NCBI GenBank assembly: GCA_030688225.1
Contig: JAUYIO010000021.1
Coordinates: forward strand, 12,080 to 76,079
Source: Nanobdellota archaeon
Lineage (GTDB): Archaea; Nanobdellota; Nanobdellia; Pacearchaeales; GW2011-AR1
Direction of reading: 5' to 3'
DNA length: 64,000 nucleotides
Position numbers and translations under genes: made by a program. Shown here piece after piece: positions 28,193 to 38,930 of this stretch. The notes under the pieces were generated by a model. That model was given only the letters and a program-made list of their open reading frames with translations. It did no database searches and was not told the origin of the DNA. The stretch's first letter is position 1. The number at the start of each line of letters is the position of its first letter.

Positions 28193-30724
28193 ATGAGATT
28201 TAATTTCAAAAAAATAGTAGCTTTAGGAACTAGTGCTTTGATGACTGTATCTGGTATTGGATTTGCTGCTGCTGCAAATTTCCCTGCTCCTTTTGTGAGT
28301 GGAGGAAGTGCAAATGTGGCAATTGTTTATGGTACTGGAACAGGAGTATCATCATTAGACCTTGTTGAAGCAAGTAACATACAAGCTAACTTACAAACAT
28401 TCATGACTGGAACAAGTGGAGGAACTTCATCTTCTGTTGAAGGTGGAGAAGGAGTAATTATTCAAAAATCAAGTGATAATTGGAATATAAGAGACTCTAT
28501 GTCTAGCTTAGTTTCTACTCTTGACTATGAAGATTTACCAACTCTTCTTGCAAAAGGAACATATGTTGCAGATGACAACGATGAGTTTAAATATGAACAA
28601 AAAATAACTCTTGGGGGAGTCACACTGGAACATTTTAAAGATTCTGATTATGAAGATGAAATGGGTCTGGACACTCCAACACCTGTAGTTGGTTTAAAAA
28701 TTAATTCAAGTGAATTTGTATTAAACTATACACTTGATTTTACTACAGATGCTGAATCAGATATTGTAAGTTCTGAACTTGATGATATTGAAGGAAGTGA
28801 CATACCTTTGTTTGGAAAAACATATTATGTATCTGACTTTGATTCAACTGGAGGAGTTGTTGCTTGTGGTGCTACGTACAATTGTCTTGGTACATTAACT
28901 CTTCTTGATTCTGCTGAAATAGGAAGTGTTTCAGAAGGAGAAACAACAACTATTGCAGGGCATGATGTAAGTATTCAGTTTATGGATAACGACGAAGTAG
29001 TTTTCACTGTTGATGGACAAAGAGCTCCTGCAAGTGGAAAACTTTCTGCTGGAGGTTCTTACAAACTTAATGACGGCTCTTACATTGGAGTAAGAGATAT
29101 CAGCAAGTTAGAAGTTTCAGGGGAAATCGGTACTGCTTCATTTAGCATTGGAACTGGTAAAATAGAAATAGTTTCTGGTTCTGAAGTAGAGCTTAATGAT
29201 GAAGCTATTGACGGAGTAAAAGCATGGGTTTATAATTCAAGTGGAGGAACATCAACTCTTGCGAAGATGGACAAGATTGTTATAGAATGGAAAGCTGATG
29301 AAGAATCATTCATAACTCCTGACAATGATGTTCTTGTCCCAGGATTTGGTGGATTAAAATTCACTATGAATGAACTTGTTAGAAACACTGAAGAAGTTGT
29401 TAAAGTTGAAAAAGACGGAAGTAAAGCTATGTCTTTAACTCTTCCTTTGAAAGATGGAAGCGTTACGATACCTATTTTATTTGCTAATTCAACAGGGAAC
29501 TATCTTGGTATTGGTAAAGATAACAATACAAGATTGGCAACATCAGGGAATAGTACAATAAAAATCTATGAAAAGCATAGTGGTGCAGATTGGGACAAAT
29601 ACTTTGTTGCTACGTATAACACTTCAGCACAAGGAGAATCTTATGTATTAAGAGTTAATACTGAAGAAGTTACCGGATACAATCAAACCAGAATTGACAA
29701 ACTTACATCCTCTGGTTGGGTGAATGGTATTTGTGATGACAAAAGAGCTACAGATGAGTGTTCAATTGGAAATGTTGTTCTTACTATTAATGCAGTTACA
29801 TATACATCGGGTGGAAACAGAACTGTTGATATTGAAGGTGGAACAAATGTAGGTTTCCACACAGCAATAACTGCTGGAGGATTATCTGTATTCTTGCCTT
29901 ACACTATTAATGCAAGTACTGCTGCAACAGCTGCAGGTGCTATTAATGTAACACAAAATGAAACAGCTGGTGATGATGGGCTTAAAGATCTTTGGAATGG
30001 TGCAACAGCAGGACATGGTTATGACACCTTCTGGTTGTCTTTTGATGGTGAAGATAAAGACGACACTATATCTGCTGGAACAGGATTCAATCTAACTATT
30101 GACGACACTGGCTCTAGTGACTACGATTTGCAAGTTTCACAGATAGATGGTACTGGAACTGGAGGTTCAAGAGGAGAGGAAATTGGAGAAACTGATGTGT
30201 ATGAAACATACATAGCTGACGATGTTGCTCCAAGAATATTGCATAAAGTCCCTTCAAGTGGTGCAGATTCAGCAGAAGTATATTATCCAACAGGTAACTC
30301 TGAAACATATGCAGAGATATATGTTGCTGAACAAGGTTCAACAATTTCAAGCACAACAACGCCAAGCGGAACAACTTCACTTGGAGAGGTGTTAGTTAAA
30401 GATAGCGAAGTAAGCTCTGTAAGTTCAAAGAACTTGATTGTAGTTGGTGGAAGCTGTATTAATTCAGTTGCTGCAAACTTAGTTGGTGGTGCTTACTGTG
30501 GTTCTGCATTCACAGAATCAACAGGTGTAGGCTCAGGACAATTCCTAATAAAGAGCTACAGTGGCAAATATGCGTCTGGAAAGATTGCATTATTAGTTGC
30601 TGGTTACGAAGTTGCTGATACTGTAAATGCTGCTAAATACCTAAGAACTCAAACTGTTGATACTGGCAAAGAGTATAAAGGAACATCTGCAACAAGCGCT
30701 GAGCTTGTTACAACAGAAGCATAA
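28193..30724 (+). CDS. major S-layer protein
   Basis: Signal peptide, FPAPFV...AIVYG N-terminus, NLIVVGGSCINSVAA...LLVAGY C-terminus, many N-x-S/T sequons, strong SD. Confidence 0.88.
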   Translation: MRFNFKKIVALGTSALMTVSGIGFAAAANFPAPFVSGGSANVAIVYGTGTGVSSLDLVEASNIQANLQTFMTGTSGGTSSSVEGGEGVIIQKSSDNWNIRDSMSSLVSTLDYEDLPTLLAKGTYVADDNDEFKYEQKITLGGVTLEHFKDSDYEDEMGLDTPTPVVGLKINSSEFVLNYTLDFTTDAESDIVSSELDDIEGSDIPLFGKTYYVSDFDSTGGVVACGATYNCLGTLTLLDSAEIGSVSEGETTTIAGHDVSIQFMDNDEVVFTVDGQRAPASGKLSAGGSYKLNDGSYIGVRDISKLEVSGEIGTASFSIGTGKIEIVSGSEVELNDEAIDGVKAWVYNSSGGTSTLAKMDKIVIEWKADEESFITPDNDVLVPGFGGLKFTMNELVRNTEEVVKVEKDGSKAMSLTLPLKDGSVTIPILFANSTGNYLGIGKDNNTRLATSGNSTIKIYEKHSGADWDKYFVATYNTSAQGESYVLRVNTEEVTGYNQTRIDKLTSSGWVNGICDDKRATDECSIGNVVLTINAVTYTSGGNRTVDIEGGTNVGFHTAITAGGLSVFLPYTINASTAATAAGAINVTQNETAGDDGLKDLWNGATAGHGYDTFWLSFDGEDKDDTISAGTGFNLTIDDTGSSDYDLQVSQIDGTGTGGSRGEEIGETDVYETYIADDVAPRILHKVPSSGADSAEVYYPTGNSETYAEIYVAEQGSTISSTTTPSGTTSLGEVLVKDSEVSSVSSKNLIVVGGSCINSVAANLVGGAYCGSAFTESTGVGSGQFLIKSYSGKYASGKIALLVAGYEVADTVNAAKYLRTQTVDTGKEYKGTSATSAELVTTEA

Positions 30725-30732
30725 GTCTAAAA

Positions 30733-30770
30733 ATTTATTTTTATTTTTCCCTTTTTTCTTTTTTATTTTA
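30733..30770 (+). terminator. oligo-T terminator
   Basis: Several T tracts directly after the S-layer stop codon. Confidence 0.6.
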
Positions 30771-30841
30771 ACTTATATGACGTAAGTCTCTAAAGCAAAG
30801 TTTTTATATCTAAAGGATTGTATAAATTAATAATCTTTAAA

Positions 30842-31763
<922 letters not shown>

Positions 31764-31840
31764 TAAGTCTTTTCAAAATGTTTCCAAAAAGAATCCTTTG
31801 CCATAATAAAACTTATAAAGCCGAAAGAGAGTGAATAAAT

Positions 31841-32485
31841 ATGGTTAAAAGAGATGAAGAAGAAAATAAAGAAGAATTGCAGAGAGCAAGAGAAGACAAG
31901 CAATTAAAGATTTTTTTCGTAGGAATTTCTTTGGTTGTTGTGGCAATATTTGTTGTAATATTGGTTATTCATGGATTTAAAAATTTTGAACAAGGAGGAG
32001 TTACATTTAACGTTGTTAAGTTTTGTGATACTCAACCATGTTTAACAACATATCAAACTTCTTTCCCAGTGCTCTCTGAGGGTAAGCCTGCAGAATACAA
32101 TATTTATTTGAGAAATGATCCGAGGAAACTAAAAGAAGAAATTCCTTTTGAAGGAGTTATAACACTTGATATTCCGTTAAAACAAGTGATAGTGAATATT
32201 AGTGATGAAGAGATAATTGATTGTAACAAAGACGGGGGAATTGCTATTGGGAACCTTAATAAGATATTTACTATTTCTGGAATGAAAGTTGGAAAAGATG
32301 TAAATGCAACATGCGATCCTCAAGGAAGATATATGTTTATTCAGATAGGGCCTGGAAACTCCACAATTGTTGAACAAACAGGGCCTGCATGTTACACCAT
32401 CTCTGTGGATAATTGCGAAATTCTAAAAGGAACAGAAAGATTTATGGTTGAAACTTTTGAAAGAATTAACAAAGAATGGTTATAA
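31841..32485 (+). CDS. membrane-anchored hypothetical protein
   Basis: One TM helix; YLRNDPR; Cys-containing C-terminal domain. Confidence 0.7.
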   Translation: MVKRDEEENKEELQRAREDKQLKIFFVGISLVVVAIFVVILVIHGFKNFEQGGVTFNVVKFCDTQPCLTTYQTSFPVLSEGKPAEYNIYLRNDPRKLKEEIPFEGVITLDIPLKQVIVNISDEEIIDCNKDGGIAIGNLNKIFTISGMKVGKDVNATCDPQGRYMFIQIGPGNSTIVEQTGPACYTISVDNCEILKGTERFMVETFERINKEWL

Positions 32486-32952
32486 AACTTTTTTACGCGC
32501 TTCTTCTTACAATAATGCCTGTTACAGAATTGAGAGTTGGGCTTCCCTTGGCGATATTATATGCAAGAGAAAACGGAATTCCAATTTATCTAATCTTTTT
32601 TCTTGTAGTTCTCTTAAATGTTCTTGTAATTTTTTTCATTTTTTATTTTTTAGACAACATACATCACGTTTTCATGAAGAGAGGATTTTACAGAAAATCT
32701 TTTGGGAATTATCTTAAAAGAAAAAGGGAGAAGATAGACAAATTTGAAAGAAGATATTCTGAGTTCGGATTTATCGCTTTAGTATTATTTGTTGCTATCC
32801 CTCTTCCAGGAACAGGTGCATGGACAGGGACATTTGTATCATGGATTTTGGGGTTAGATAGAAAAAAAAGTGTTTTGGCAATAGCTCTTGGTGTTTTAAT
32901 TGCAGGTATCCTCGTAATGTTGGGGACTTTAGGAGTTATTGGATTATTTTAG
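32476..32952 (+). CDS. small multi-drug export family membrane protein
   Basis: P..ELR.G.P and FVAIPLPGTGAWTG. Confidence 0.88.
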   Translation: MVIKLFYALLLTIMPVTELRVGLPLAILYARENGIPIYLIFFLVVLLNVLVIFFIFYFLDNIHHVFMKRGFYRKSFGNYLKRKREKIDKFERRYSEFGFIALVLFVAIPLPGTGAWTGTFVSWILGLDRKKSVLAIALGVLIAGILVMLGTLGVIGLF

Positions 32953-33456
32953 TTTCTTAAATAGAAATCTTAAATCAGAATATATCGGAATTTTTTTTAT
33001 CTTAAAATATTTAACTTCAAAAAACCAAATACCGACGACAAAAACGATACTCCCAACATACCAAAATAATTTATGAGTTATATCAAACCATTGGGAATTT
33101 GATAAGAATAATATGCTCAGCAAAAATATTCTTATTATATTTATTACAAGAAAGGCTAAAAATGCGAATGCAAGCATCTTAAATCTTTTTTTTAATTTAA
33201 CGTCAGGAACAGAAAGATTGAATATTAATAGGAGATAATATGCAGAACCAGCTATGCATGCTCCAATCAGTTCTATTGAGCGATATCCAATCATAATAAA
33301 GTCTCCTCTTAGGGAAACATCATAGAACAAGTTAAGCAAAAAATAAACAGGGTAAAGAGTTAATGGTGTGAATATTAGATATAAAAGATAAAAATTAGGA
33401 AAGGCTACGATTATTAAAATTATATACCTTAAAAAAATATCAAAAATTTTATTCAT
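32944..33456 (-). CDS. archaeosortase/exosortase-family protein (pacearchaeosortase-like)
   Basis: Multi-TM; Cys (ACIAG), Arg (NIIRI) and His (THK) catalytic triad pattern. Confidence 0.75.
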   Translation of the reverse strand: MNKIFDIFLRYIILIIVAFPNFYLLYLIFTPLTLYPVYFLLNLFYDVSLRGDFIMIGYRSIELIGACIAGSAYYLLLIFNLSVPDVKLKKRFKMLAFAFLAFLVINIIRIFLLSILFLSNSQWFDITHKLFWYVGSIVFVVGIWFFEVKYFKIKKIPIYSDLRFLFKKLK

Positions 33457-33506
33457 ATGAAAACAATAGTGGAAATGTATTTAAATAATTTGATGTTTGT
33501 TAAGTT

Positions 33507-34115
33507 ATGTTAAAAAAAAGAGGGATAATATGGACAGCCATCATATTGGCTGTCTTTTTAATTTTTTATTTTGACGTGCAAATAGTCAAAGGAATTTCTT
33601 TAATAAATAATGCTGTGCTTAATGATTTCTTCTTAGGAATAACTTTTATTAGTTCAGAGATAATAATCTTCTTTTTTCTAACAAGTTTGTTTTTATGGCA
33701 CGAGCATAAGAGAAAATGGATCCTTCCTTTGTGGATAACTCTTGGAACAGTAGTAGTCATAAGTTTTTTATTGAAGGTTTTAGTTCATAGATTAAGACCT
33801 TTTCAAATAGGAATTGTTTCAATATTGCCTTCATTAGAATCTACAAGTTATCTCATCTGGAATTTTTCTTTTCCTTCTTTTCAATCAATGCTTGCCTTTT
33901 GTGCAATCCCTATTTTGTCAAAAGAATTTCCTAAATTCAAGTATATTTGGATTATTCTTGCGAGTTTAATTGCTTTTTCAAGAGTTTATTTTGGACTGCA
34001 TTTTATGAGTGATGTTCTTGTCGGAGGAATAATTGGATATTTAATAGGTGTTGGGATTATTAAAATAGAAAATAAAACAAAATTTGGAGAGAGAATTTGG
34101 AAGAGGGTTTTTTAA
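33507..34115 (+). CDS. PAP2 family phosphatase
   Basis: K....RLRP, SFPS, SRVYFGLHFMSDV. Confidence 0.88.
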   Translation: MLKKRGIIWTAIILAVFLIFYFDVQIVKGISLINNAVLNDFFLGITFISSEIIIFFFLTSLFLWHEHKRKWILPLWITLGTVVVISFLLKVLVHRLRPFQIGIVSILPSLESTSYLIWNFSFPSFQSMLAFCAIPILSKEFPKFKYIWIILASLIAFSRVYFGLHFMSDVLVGGIIGYLIGVGIIKIENKTKFGERIWKRVF

Positions 34116-34117
34116 TA

Positions 34118-34285
34118 TTATCTTTGATTATAAGCAAAATCAAGTTTATCTAAATATTTTTCTTTAATTTTTCCGTTTTTTATTTTTTTAATTTCCTTTT
34201 TCACAAGTTTATATTCTTGTTCTCTGAATTCATCTTCAGATATAGAAGATATCAAATCAATTCTTGAGGATAAATCAAAAGTCAT
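34118..34285 (-). CDS. small hypothetical protein
   Basis: 55-aa ORF directly downstream of the putative S-layer gene. Confidence 0.45.
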   Translation of the reverse strand: MTFDLSSRIDLISSISEDEFREQEYKLVKKEIKKIKNGKIKEKYLDKLDFAYNQR

Positions 34286-34292
34286 TTTAGAA

Positions 34293-36050
34293 TTATTTAG
34301 CAACTCTTACTGCTATAACAATTATTATTATAACTAAGATAACATTCAATGCTCCAATTAACCATAAATACCAGTTGCTTCCGAAAGAGAATCCACCAAA
34401 TCCAGATTGTTCAATTGAAACTGAAACAGGTTGTTTCATTACTAAATCAGTTCCTGAAAGAACTTCTATGTTGAATGTTTGATCTCCTGAAGCGTCATTG
34501 TTAACTTTGAATGTTAATAGAGCTTCTTTTGATTCTCCTGAATTCACTATTAATGTGATTGGGTCAATACTTGATAATGATGCCCATGAAGAATAATCTG
34601 CTGCATTCAAAGTGTAAGTTGCTGAAGTAGTTCCTGTATTTGTTATTGTTGTTTTTATTACCAAGTCATCTCCTGCTTTTCCTCCTGATTGCAAACTTGC
34701 AGAAACTAATGCTTTTTGACTAACTCCACAATTTCCTTCTACTACAAGAGGTGCTGTGAATTTTGAATCTTCGTCATCAAAATCATTTTCATAAATATCT
34801 CCATCTTCGTCAAATACTGTAAATTCTAAGTAATATGTTTTTTCAGATGCATCTTCAGGTATCTGAACTGTGAAAGTAAGCTTTTCATTATCAAATTCTT
34901 TTATTCTTGAAAATTCTGTTCTTTCATCAATTCCCAATTCTGTGTTTCTTAATAAAACAAGAACATCATCTTGTTCATCTGAACCTATATTCCAAACATC
35001 TGCCAATATTTGAACATCCATTCCACATTGAACTGTTTCTGGGAAATCAATATTGTTAATTATTACAAAATCTGTTTCTTCTTCAATTGAAACATCTTCA
35101 GAATCATAATGACAACTTTTTTCTCCATCGTTTGAAGAATCTCTATCGTCAATTGTTCCTGTTGCTCTTACAACAATCTTATAATTATTTCCAACTATCT
35201 CATCAAGATCCATATCAAGATCCTTTTCTCTTAATTGGAATGTGACTATAAAAGTGTCATCTTTTCCATCTTTGAGGTTGAATTCTTTTATCTCATCCAT
35301 CTCAAGAACCCAATTATTAAGGTTAGAATCTGCAATGCCCCATTCTAAAGAAATATCATCAACATCATAATTTCCATCATTTTCAACTCTTACTTCTATT
35401 TCTACTTCATCCAGTGGAAGCCATTCTTCATCTTTTCCGTAACCTTCTATAACAGTTATGTCTCTTATATCTACTTTTAATTCTCCAGGATTTTGAGTAA
35501 CTCCAGAATCATATGCACAGAAATCTGCTGTTGAGGAAGTTGCTGTTCCTTCTATGACAACATTATCTAATCTACAGAATTCAGCTGTAGCATCTGTTGA
35601 ACATTCTATTTTTATTCTGAATCCAGCATTATTATTTGCTGAAGAAGGCAAATTAAATGTCTTTGAAACAAATGAAGCATCATTAGGTAAATCAGGACTG
35701 TCTGCTGTAACTCCAACAACTTCTTCTAAATTAGTGTATGTGCTTCCATCAACAGACCAAGATAATTTAAAATTATTGTCAGTTTCCCAACCATTTCCTA
35801 ATTGTCTGTCATATTTAACAATGATAGTTTCATAACCAGAAGTACTAATTGTTCTCTCAAGAGTAGCGTTATCAACATTTGTGGATTCTGCATAAGTTCC
35901 TGCATTTGACCAGTTGCTTGTTGTCCAACCAGTTAAATCTCCATCATCAAAATTATCAGAGAAAACTGTTGCAGCGCTTGCGAAATTCAAAACTAAAACT
36001 AATGCGAAGATGCTTGCGATAGACAAACAAAATGTTTTGTTTTTTATCAT
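34293..36050 (-). CDS. putative S-layer/surface glycoprotein with C-terminal TM anchor
   Basis: Signal peptide; acidic CARDB/Ig-like repeats (V.N.G); WYLWLIGALNVILVIIIIV-RVAK tail. Confidence 0.78.
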   Translation of the reverse strand: MIKNKTFCLSIASIFALVLVLNFASAATVFSDNFDDGDLTGWTTSNWSNAGTYAESTNVDNATLERTISTSGYETIIVKYDRQLGNGWETDNNFKLSWSVDGSTYTNLEEVVGVTADSPDLPNDASFVSKTFNLPSSANNNAGFRIKIECSTDATAEFCRLDNVVIEGTATSSTADFCAYDSGVTQNPGELKVDIRDITVIEGYGKDEEWLPLDEVEIEVRVENDGNYDVDDISLEWGIADSNLNNWVLEMDEIKEFNLKDGKDDTFIVTFQLREKDLDMDLDEIVGNNYKIVVRATGTIDDRDSSNDGEKSCHYDSEDVSIEEETDFVIINNIDFPETVQCGMDVQILADVWNIGSDEQDDVLVLLRNTELGIDERTEFSRIKEFDNEKLTFTVQIPEDASEKTYYLEFTVFDEDGDIYENDFDDEDSKFTAPLVVEGNCGVSQKALVSASLQSGGKAGDDLVIKTTITNTGTTSATYTLNAADYSSWASLSSIDPITLIVNSGESKEALLTFKVNNDASGDQTFNIEVLSGTDLVMKQPVSVSIEQSGFGGFSFGSNWYLWLIGALNVILVIIIIVIAVRVAK

Positions 36051-36236
36051 GTTGTAATTCTGCAGTTACTATGGTTTATAAATATTTGTATTATAAAAAA
36101 TATATTCTGATTTTAGATTATTTTGTCTTGTTAAAAAGATTTATATAATTTAATTATTTTAATTTATTGACGGAAATGAGGGGCACCAAGGTTCTCCTTA
36201 CAGTAACCCCTCTTTTTTAGAGGGTTAAAAAACAAA

Positions 36237-36626
36237 ATGGCGATTGAAGCAAAAGAAAATTCTCTTGGCGCAAAGGCTTTCTTAGCAGGAGTTGTTCTTG
36301 CAATACTTATCGGATTATCTACAAGTTTGATTCCTATTCCTGCATTAAAGAAGTATAGCTCTGCAATTTATGCAATATTGGTTCTTCTTGGATTATTTAT
36401 TGGATTTACAATAAAAGTTTCGCAAAAAGATTCTCAAACATTCATGATTGCAGGAGCCATCCTTGTTATTGTTAGTAAATTTGGTATGGATAGTGTTCAT
36501 GGTTCATTAATAGGAATAGGTGTTGGAGACACTGTTGCAGCAGTATTTGGAGCTTTATTAGCATTGTTTGTTCCTGCAACAATTATTGTGGCTATAAAGA
36601 ATCTGTTTGGAATTGCAAGAGTTTAG
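36237..36626 (+). CDS. small 4-TM membrane protein
   Basis: Four hydrophobic helices; FVPATIIVAIK. Confidence 0.7.
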   Translation: MAIEAKENSLGAKAFLAGVVLAILIGLSTSLIPIPALKKYSSAIYAILVLLGLFIGFTIKVSQKDSQTFMIAGAILVIVSKFGMDSVHGSLIGIGVGDTVAAVFGALLALFVPATIIVAIKNLFGIARV

Positions 36627-36653
36627 TATAATAATAGGGTGAGAATTTTAATT

Positions 36654-36977
36654 TTAAAATATTTCTCTTGAAACCCTATAACTCCCCTCTATTCCTTCTC
36701 CATCTATTGCTCCCGAGTAATAAACTATCCCTTTGCCACATGGAGATAATGCAAATTTTTCAGCTTGCTCTTTATCGTCTCCAAATAATGCAATTTCATT
36801 AAAAGGATTTTCGAACGCTTTTACTGGTGCAGAATAACATACGTTGAGTTTTGGTCTTTCAGGCTTAACAACAGAATTAGGTAAAATATTATCTAAGGAA
36901 TCTTTCCCAATTAAAGATAAACTCCCAAAACCAAAAAGAATTGTTTTAAAGAAATCTCTTCTCTTTATTTTGTTCAT
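36654..36977 (-). CDS. hypothetical protein with a twin-arginine-like N-terminus
   Basis: KRRDFFK plus short hydrophobic stretch; starts 1 nt after the sepF stop. Confidence 0.55.
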   Translation of the reverse strand: MNKIKRRDFFKTILFGFGSLSLIGKDSLDNILPNSVVKPERPKLNVCYSAPVKAFENPFNEIALFGDDKEQAEKFALSPCGKGIVYYSGAIDGEGIEGSYRVSREIF

Positions 36978-36978
36978 T

Positions 36979-37371
36979 TTAATCAAACCTGTTTCTTGGT
37001 TCTTCTTTGTCTATTTTCTCTGGTTGCTTTTGGATTTTTGCAAAAGAAGGTGTTACAATAACAATATTTTCTCCAAATCCAGCAATAGTTCCTTCAAGAG
37101 CATCTGTTGTTTTCTTTATTTTTGAGACAGCCCTTTTTAGTTCAATAGGATCTTTTTTTCGGATTACCTTAATATCAATTACTGCGATAGTATATCCTTC
37201 TCTCAAAGCATTAAGAATTTCGTTTACATCTTCGTAATCTTTCAAAATGAATAGTTTCACCAAAACTTTTTTTTCTTTTTCTTCGTGACCAACATCAATC
37301 TCCAAATATTCGTCGTCCATAGGTTCTGCAACAGAATCGGAGAAAACTTTTTTTATCTTATCAAATACCAT
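36979..37371 (-). CDS. sepF: cell division protein SepF
   Basis: LREGYTIAVIDI...ELKRAV...GTIAG....IVTPS. Confidence 0.88.
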   Translation of the reverse strand: MVFDKIKKVFSDSVAEPMDDEYLEIDVGHEEKEKKVLVKLFILKDYEDVNEILNALREGYTIAVIDIKVIRKKDPIELKRAVSKIKKTTDALEGTIAGFGENIVIVTPSFAKIQKQPEKIDKEEPRNRFD

Positions 37372-37425
37372 AATAAAATTTATGAGTGAGATATTTATAA
37401 AGATTTCGGGGATTTTTCACATATA

Positions 37426-37746
37426 TTATTTCTTTATCCCCTTCATTATCACGTCTCTTAATTTTTCCAATCTTTCTGTTAGGGAAGACTCTTGTTTCTC
37501 AATATTCTTAATTCTTAACTCAAGAATCTTTTCTTTGTTTGAAAGTTCCTCGTTTATTTTCTTTTTATCTGTCTTAATCATTAATTGTCCTATTATCTTG
37601 AATACATCTTCTTTGGATTTTTCTATCTCTGACAATGCAGATTTTGTTTCAGACATCTCCATCTGAAAAGCTTGTTTTTGCATCAACAAATTTTGCAGAG
37701 TTTGTTCCAGGATTTGCATTTCCTGAATATTTTTGTCAGAAGACAT
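37426..37746 (-). CDS. pfdB: prefoldin beta subunit
   Basis: Coiled coils around VFKIIGQLMIK; ELRIK.IEKQE. Confidence 0.9.
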   Translation of the reverse strand: MSSDKNIQEMQILEQTLQNLLMQKQAFQMEMSETKSALSEIEKSKEDVFKIIGQLMIKTDKKKINEELSNKEKILELRIKNIEKQESSLTERLEKLRDVIMKGIKK

Positions 37747-37747
37747 T

Positions 37748-37885
37748 TTACTTCACCTTTACTTTTTTTATTTTAGTTCTTGGCTTGTAAAAAATTTTGC
37801 TTCCACAATGAGGACAAACAAATCTTTTTTCAAGAGCTTTAGAAACTATACTTTTCTCGCATTTAAAACACTTGTATTGAACCAT
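37748..37885 (-). CDS. rpoP: RNA polymerase subunit P (Rpo12); not in the ORF track
   Basis: Manual translation MVQYKCFKCEK...CPHCGSKIFYKPR; located between rpl37ae and pfdB. Confidence 0.92.
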   Translation of the reverse strand: MVQYKCFKCEKSIVSKALEKRFVCPHCGSKIFYKPRTKIKKVKVK

Positions 37886-37926
37886 TTTATTTTAATATTC
37901 TCTTCCTTTATTTAATTTTCTAATTT

Positions 37927-38142
37927 TCATTCTAAATAATAGGCGTGGCCTGCAAATTTTTTTTCGCATTTAGGGCATTTCCAGATGCCTTTTGATAATC
38001 TTTTTACACCTATTTTTTTACAGAAAGGGCATTTTTGTTTTTTTCTTTGCTTGTTTTCAACTTCAACTAATCTTGCCCTTACTTTCTTTCCGTATCTTGC
38101 TCCAAACCTTCCTGATGCTTTTGATTTTTTTGATTTTGGCAT
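37927..38142 (-). CDS. rpl37ae: ribosomal protein L37Ae (eL43)
   Basis: GRFGARYG, CPFC, GIWKC..C...FAG.AY. Confidence 0.96.
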   Translation of the reverse strand: MPKSKKSKASGRFGARYGKKVRARLVEVENKQRKKQKCPFCKKIGVKRLSKGIWKCPKCEKKFAGHAYYLE

Positions 38143-38164
38143 TTTGTGTATTGTTAAATATAAA

Positions 38165-38237
38165 TGGGGCTGCCCGGATTTGAACCGGGGTCGTCAGGTC
38201 CCAAACCTGAAAGGCTACCAGGCTACCCCACAGCCCC
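38165..38237 (-). tRNA. tRNA-Pro(TGG)
   Basis: Reverse complement GGGGCTG...TCAGG-TT TGG GA-CCTGA...GGTTCAAATCC...CAGCCCC-A. Confidence 0.94.
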
Positions 38238-38269
38238 CTATTGAGAGAGAGGGAAATTAATTTATAAAA

Positions 38270-38929
38270 CTATTTTTTCTTAGTTTCTTTCTTTTCTTCC
38301 TTCGGTGCCTCTTCAGTTTTTTTCTCGTCTGTCTTTTCTTCTTTAGCAGCTTCCTGTGCAGCTTGCTCCTGCTTTAGAAGTTTTTCCTGCATTTCCTTTA
38401 ACTCTGCAAAATATTTGTCAAGTTCTGCTTTTTTTTCTGCAGAAGTTTCTGTCTTTTCTGAATTAATTTCTTTGTCGTATTTTCCTTCTTCAATTTCTCG
38501 TTCAACTTCAAGAGGAGATTTGCTCTCAACAAGAATTCCCAAACTAGCACAAGTTCCGACGATAGTTTTAACAGCTGATTTTAAATCTTTAGAAAGCATA
38601 TTAGGTAATTTTATTTTTGCAACAGAAATAATTTGTTCTATTGAAGCATTTGCAACTTTTGTTTTTTTCTGAAGTCCTGAAGCTTTTTCTATCTTTAATT
38701 CTTTTTTTAATAATTCTGAAGCAGGAGGAGAAAAAACTTTAATATCAAATTCTTTTGTTGATGCATCTATTTTTAATTCAACTGGAACTTTTAATCCGTT
38801 GAAATCTTTTGTCGCTTCGTTTATCTTCTGAATTATGTTGTTTATGTTTATTCCAAGAGGACCGAGTTTCTGACTAAGTGCAGGGCCTGGTTTCATGCTT
38901 CCACCTTCTACTAAAAGTTTTGTTTGCAT
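38270..38929 (-). CDS. rpl11: ribosomal protein L11 with charged C-terminal extension
   Basis: GG..KPGP.L...LGP.G, PP.SELLKKE, GTCASLG. Confidence 0.95.
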   Translation of the reverse strand: MQTKLLVEGGSMKPGPALSQKLGPLGININNIIQKINEATKDFNGLKVPVELKIDASTKEFDIKVFSPPASELLKKELKIEKASGLQKKTKVANASIEQIISVAKIKLPNMLSKDLKSAVKTIVGTCASLGILVESKSPLEVEREIEEGKYDKEINSEKTETSAEKKAELDKYFAELKEMQEKLLKQEQAAQEAAKEEKTDEKKTEEAPKEEKKETKKK

Positions 38930-38930
38930 T

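Noticed and set aside
36168-36215. Fluoride riboswitch assignment
   Set aside because: Only loose resemblance; the P1 pairing and conserved 3' motif are not matched, so it is kept only as an unnamed candidate
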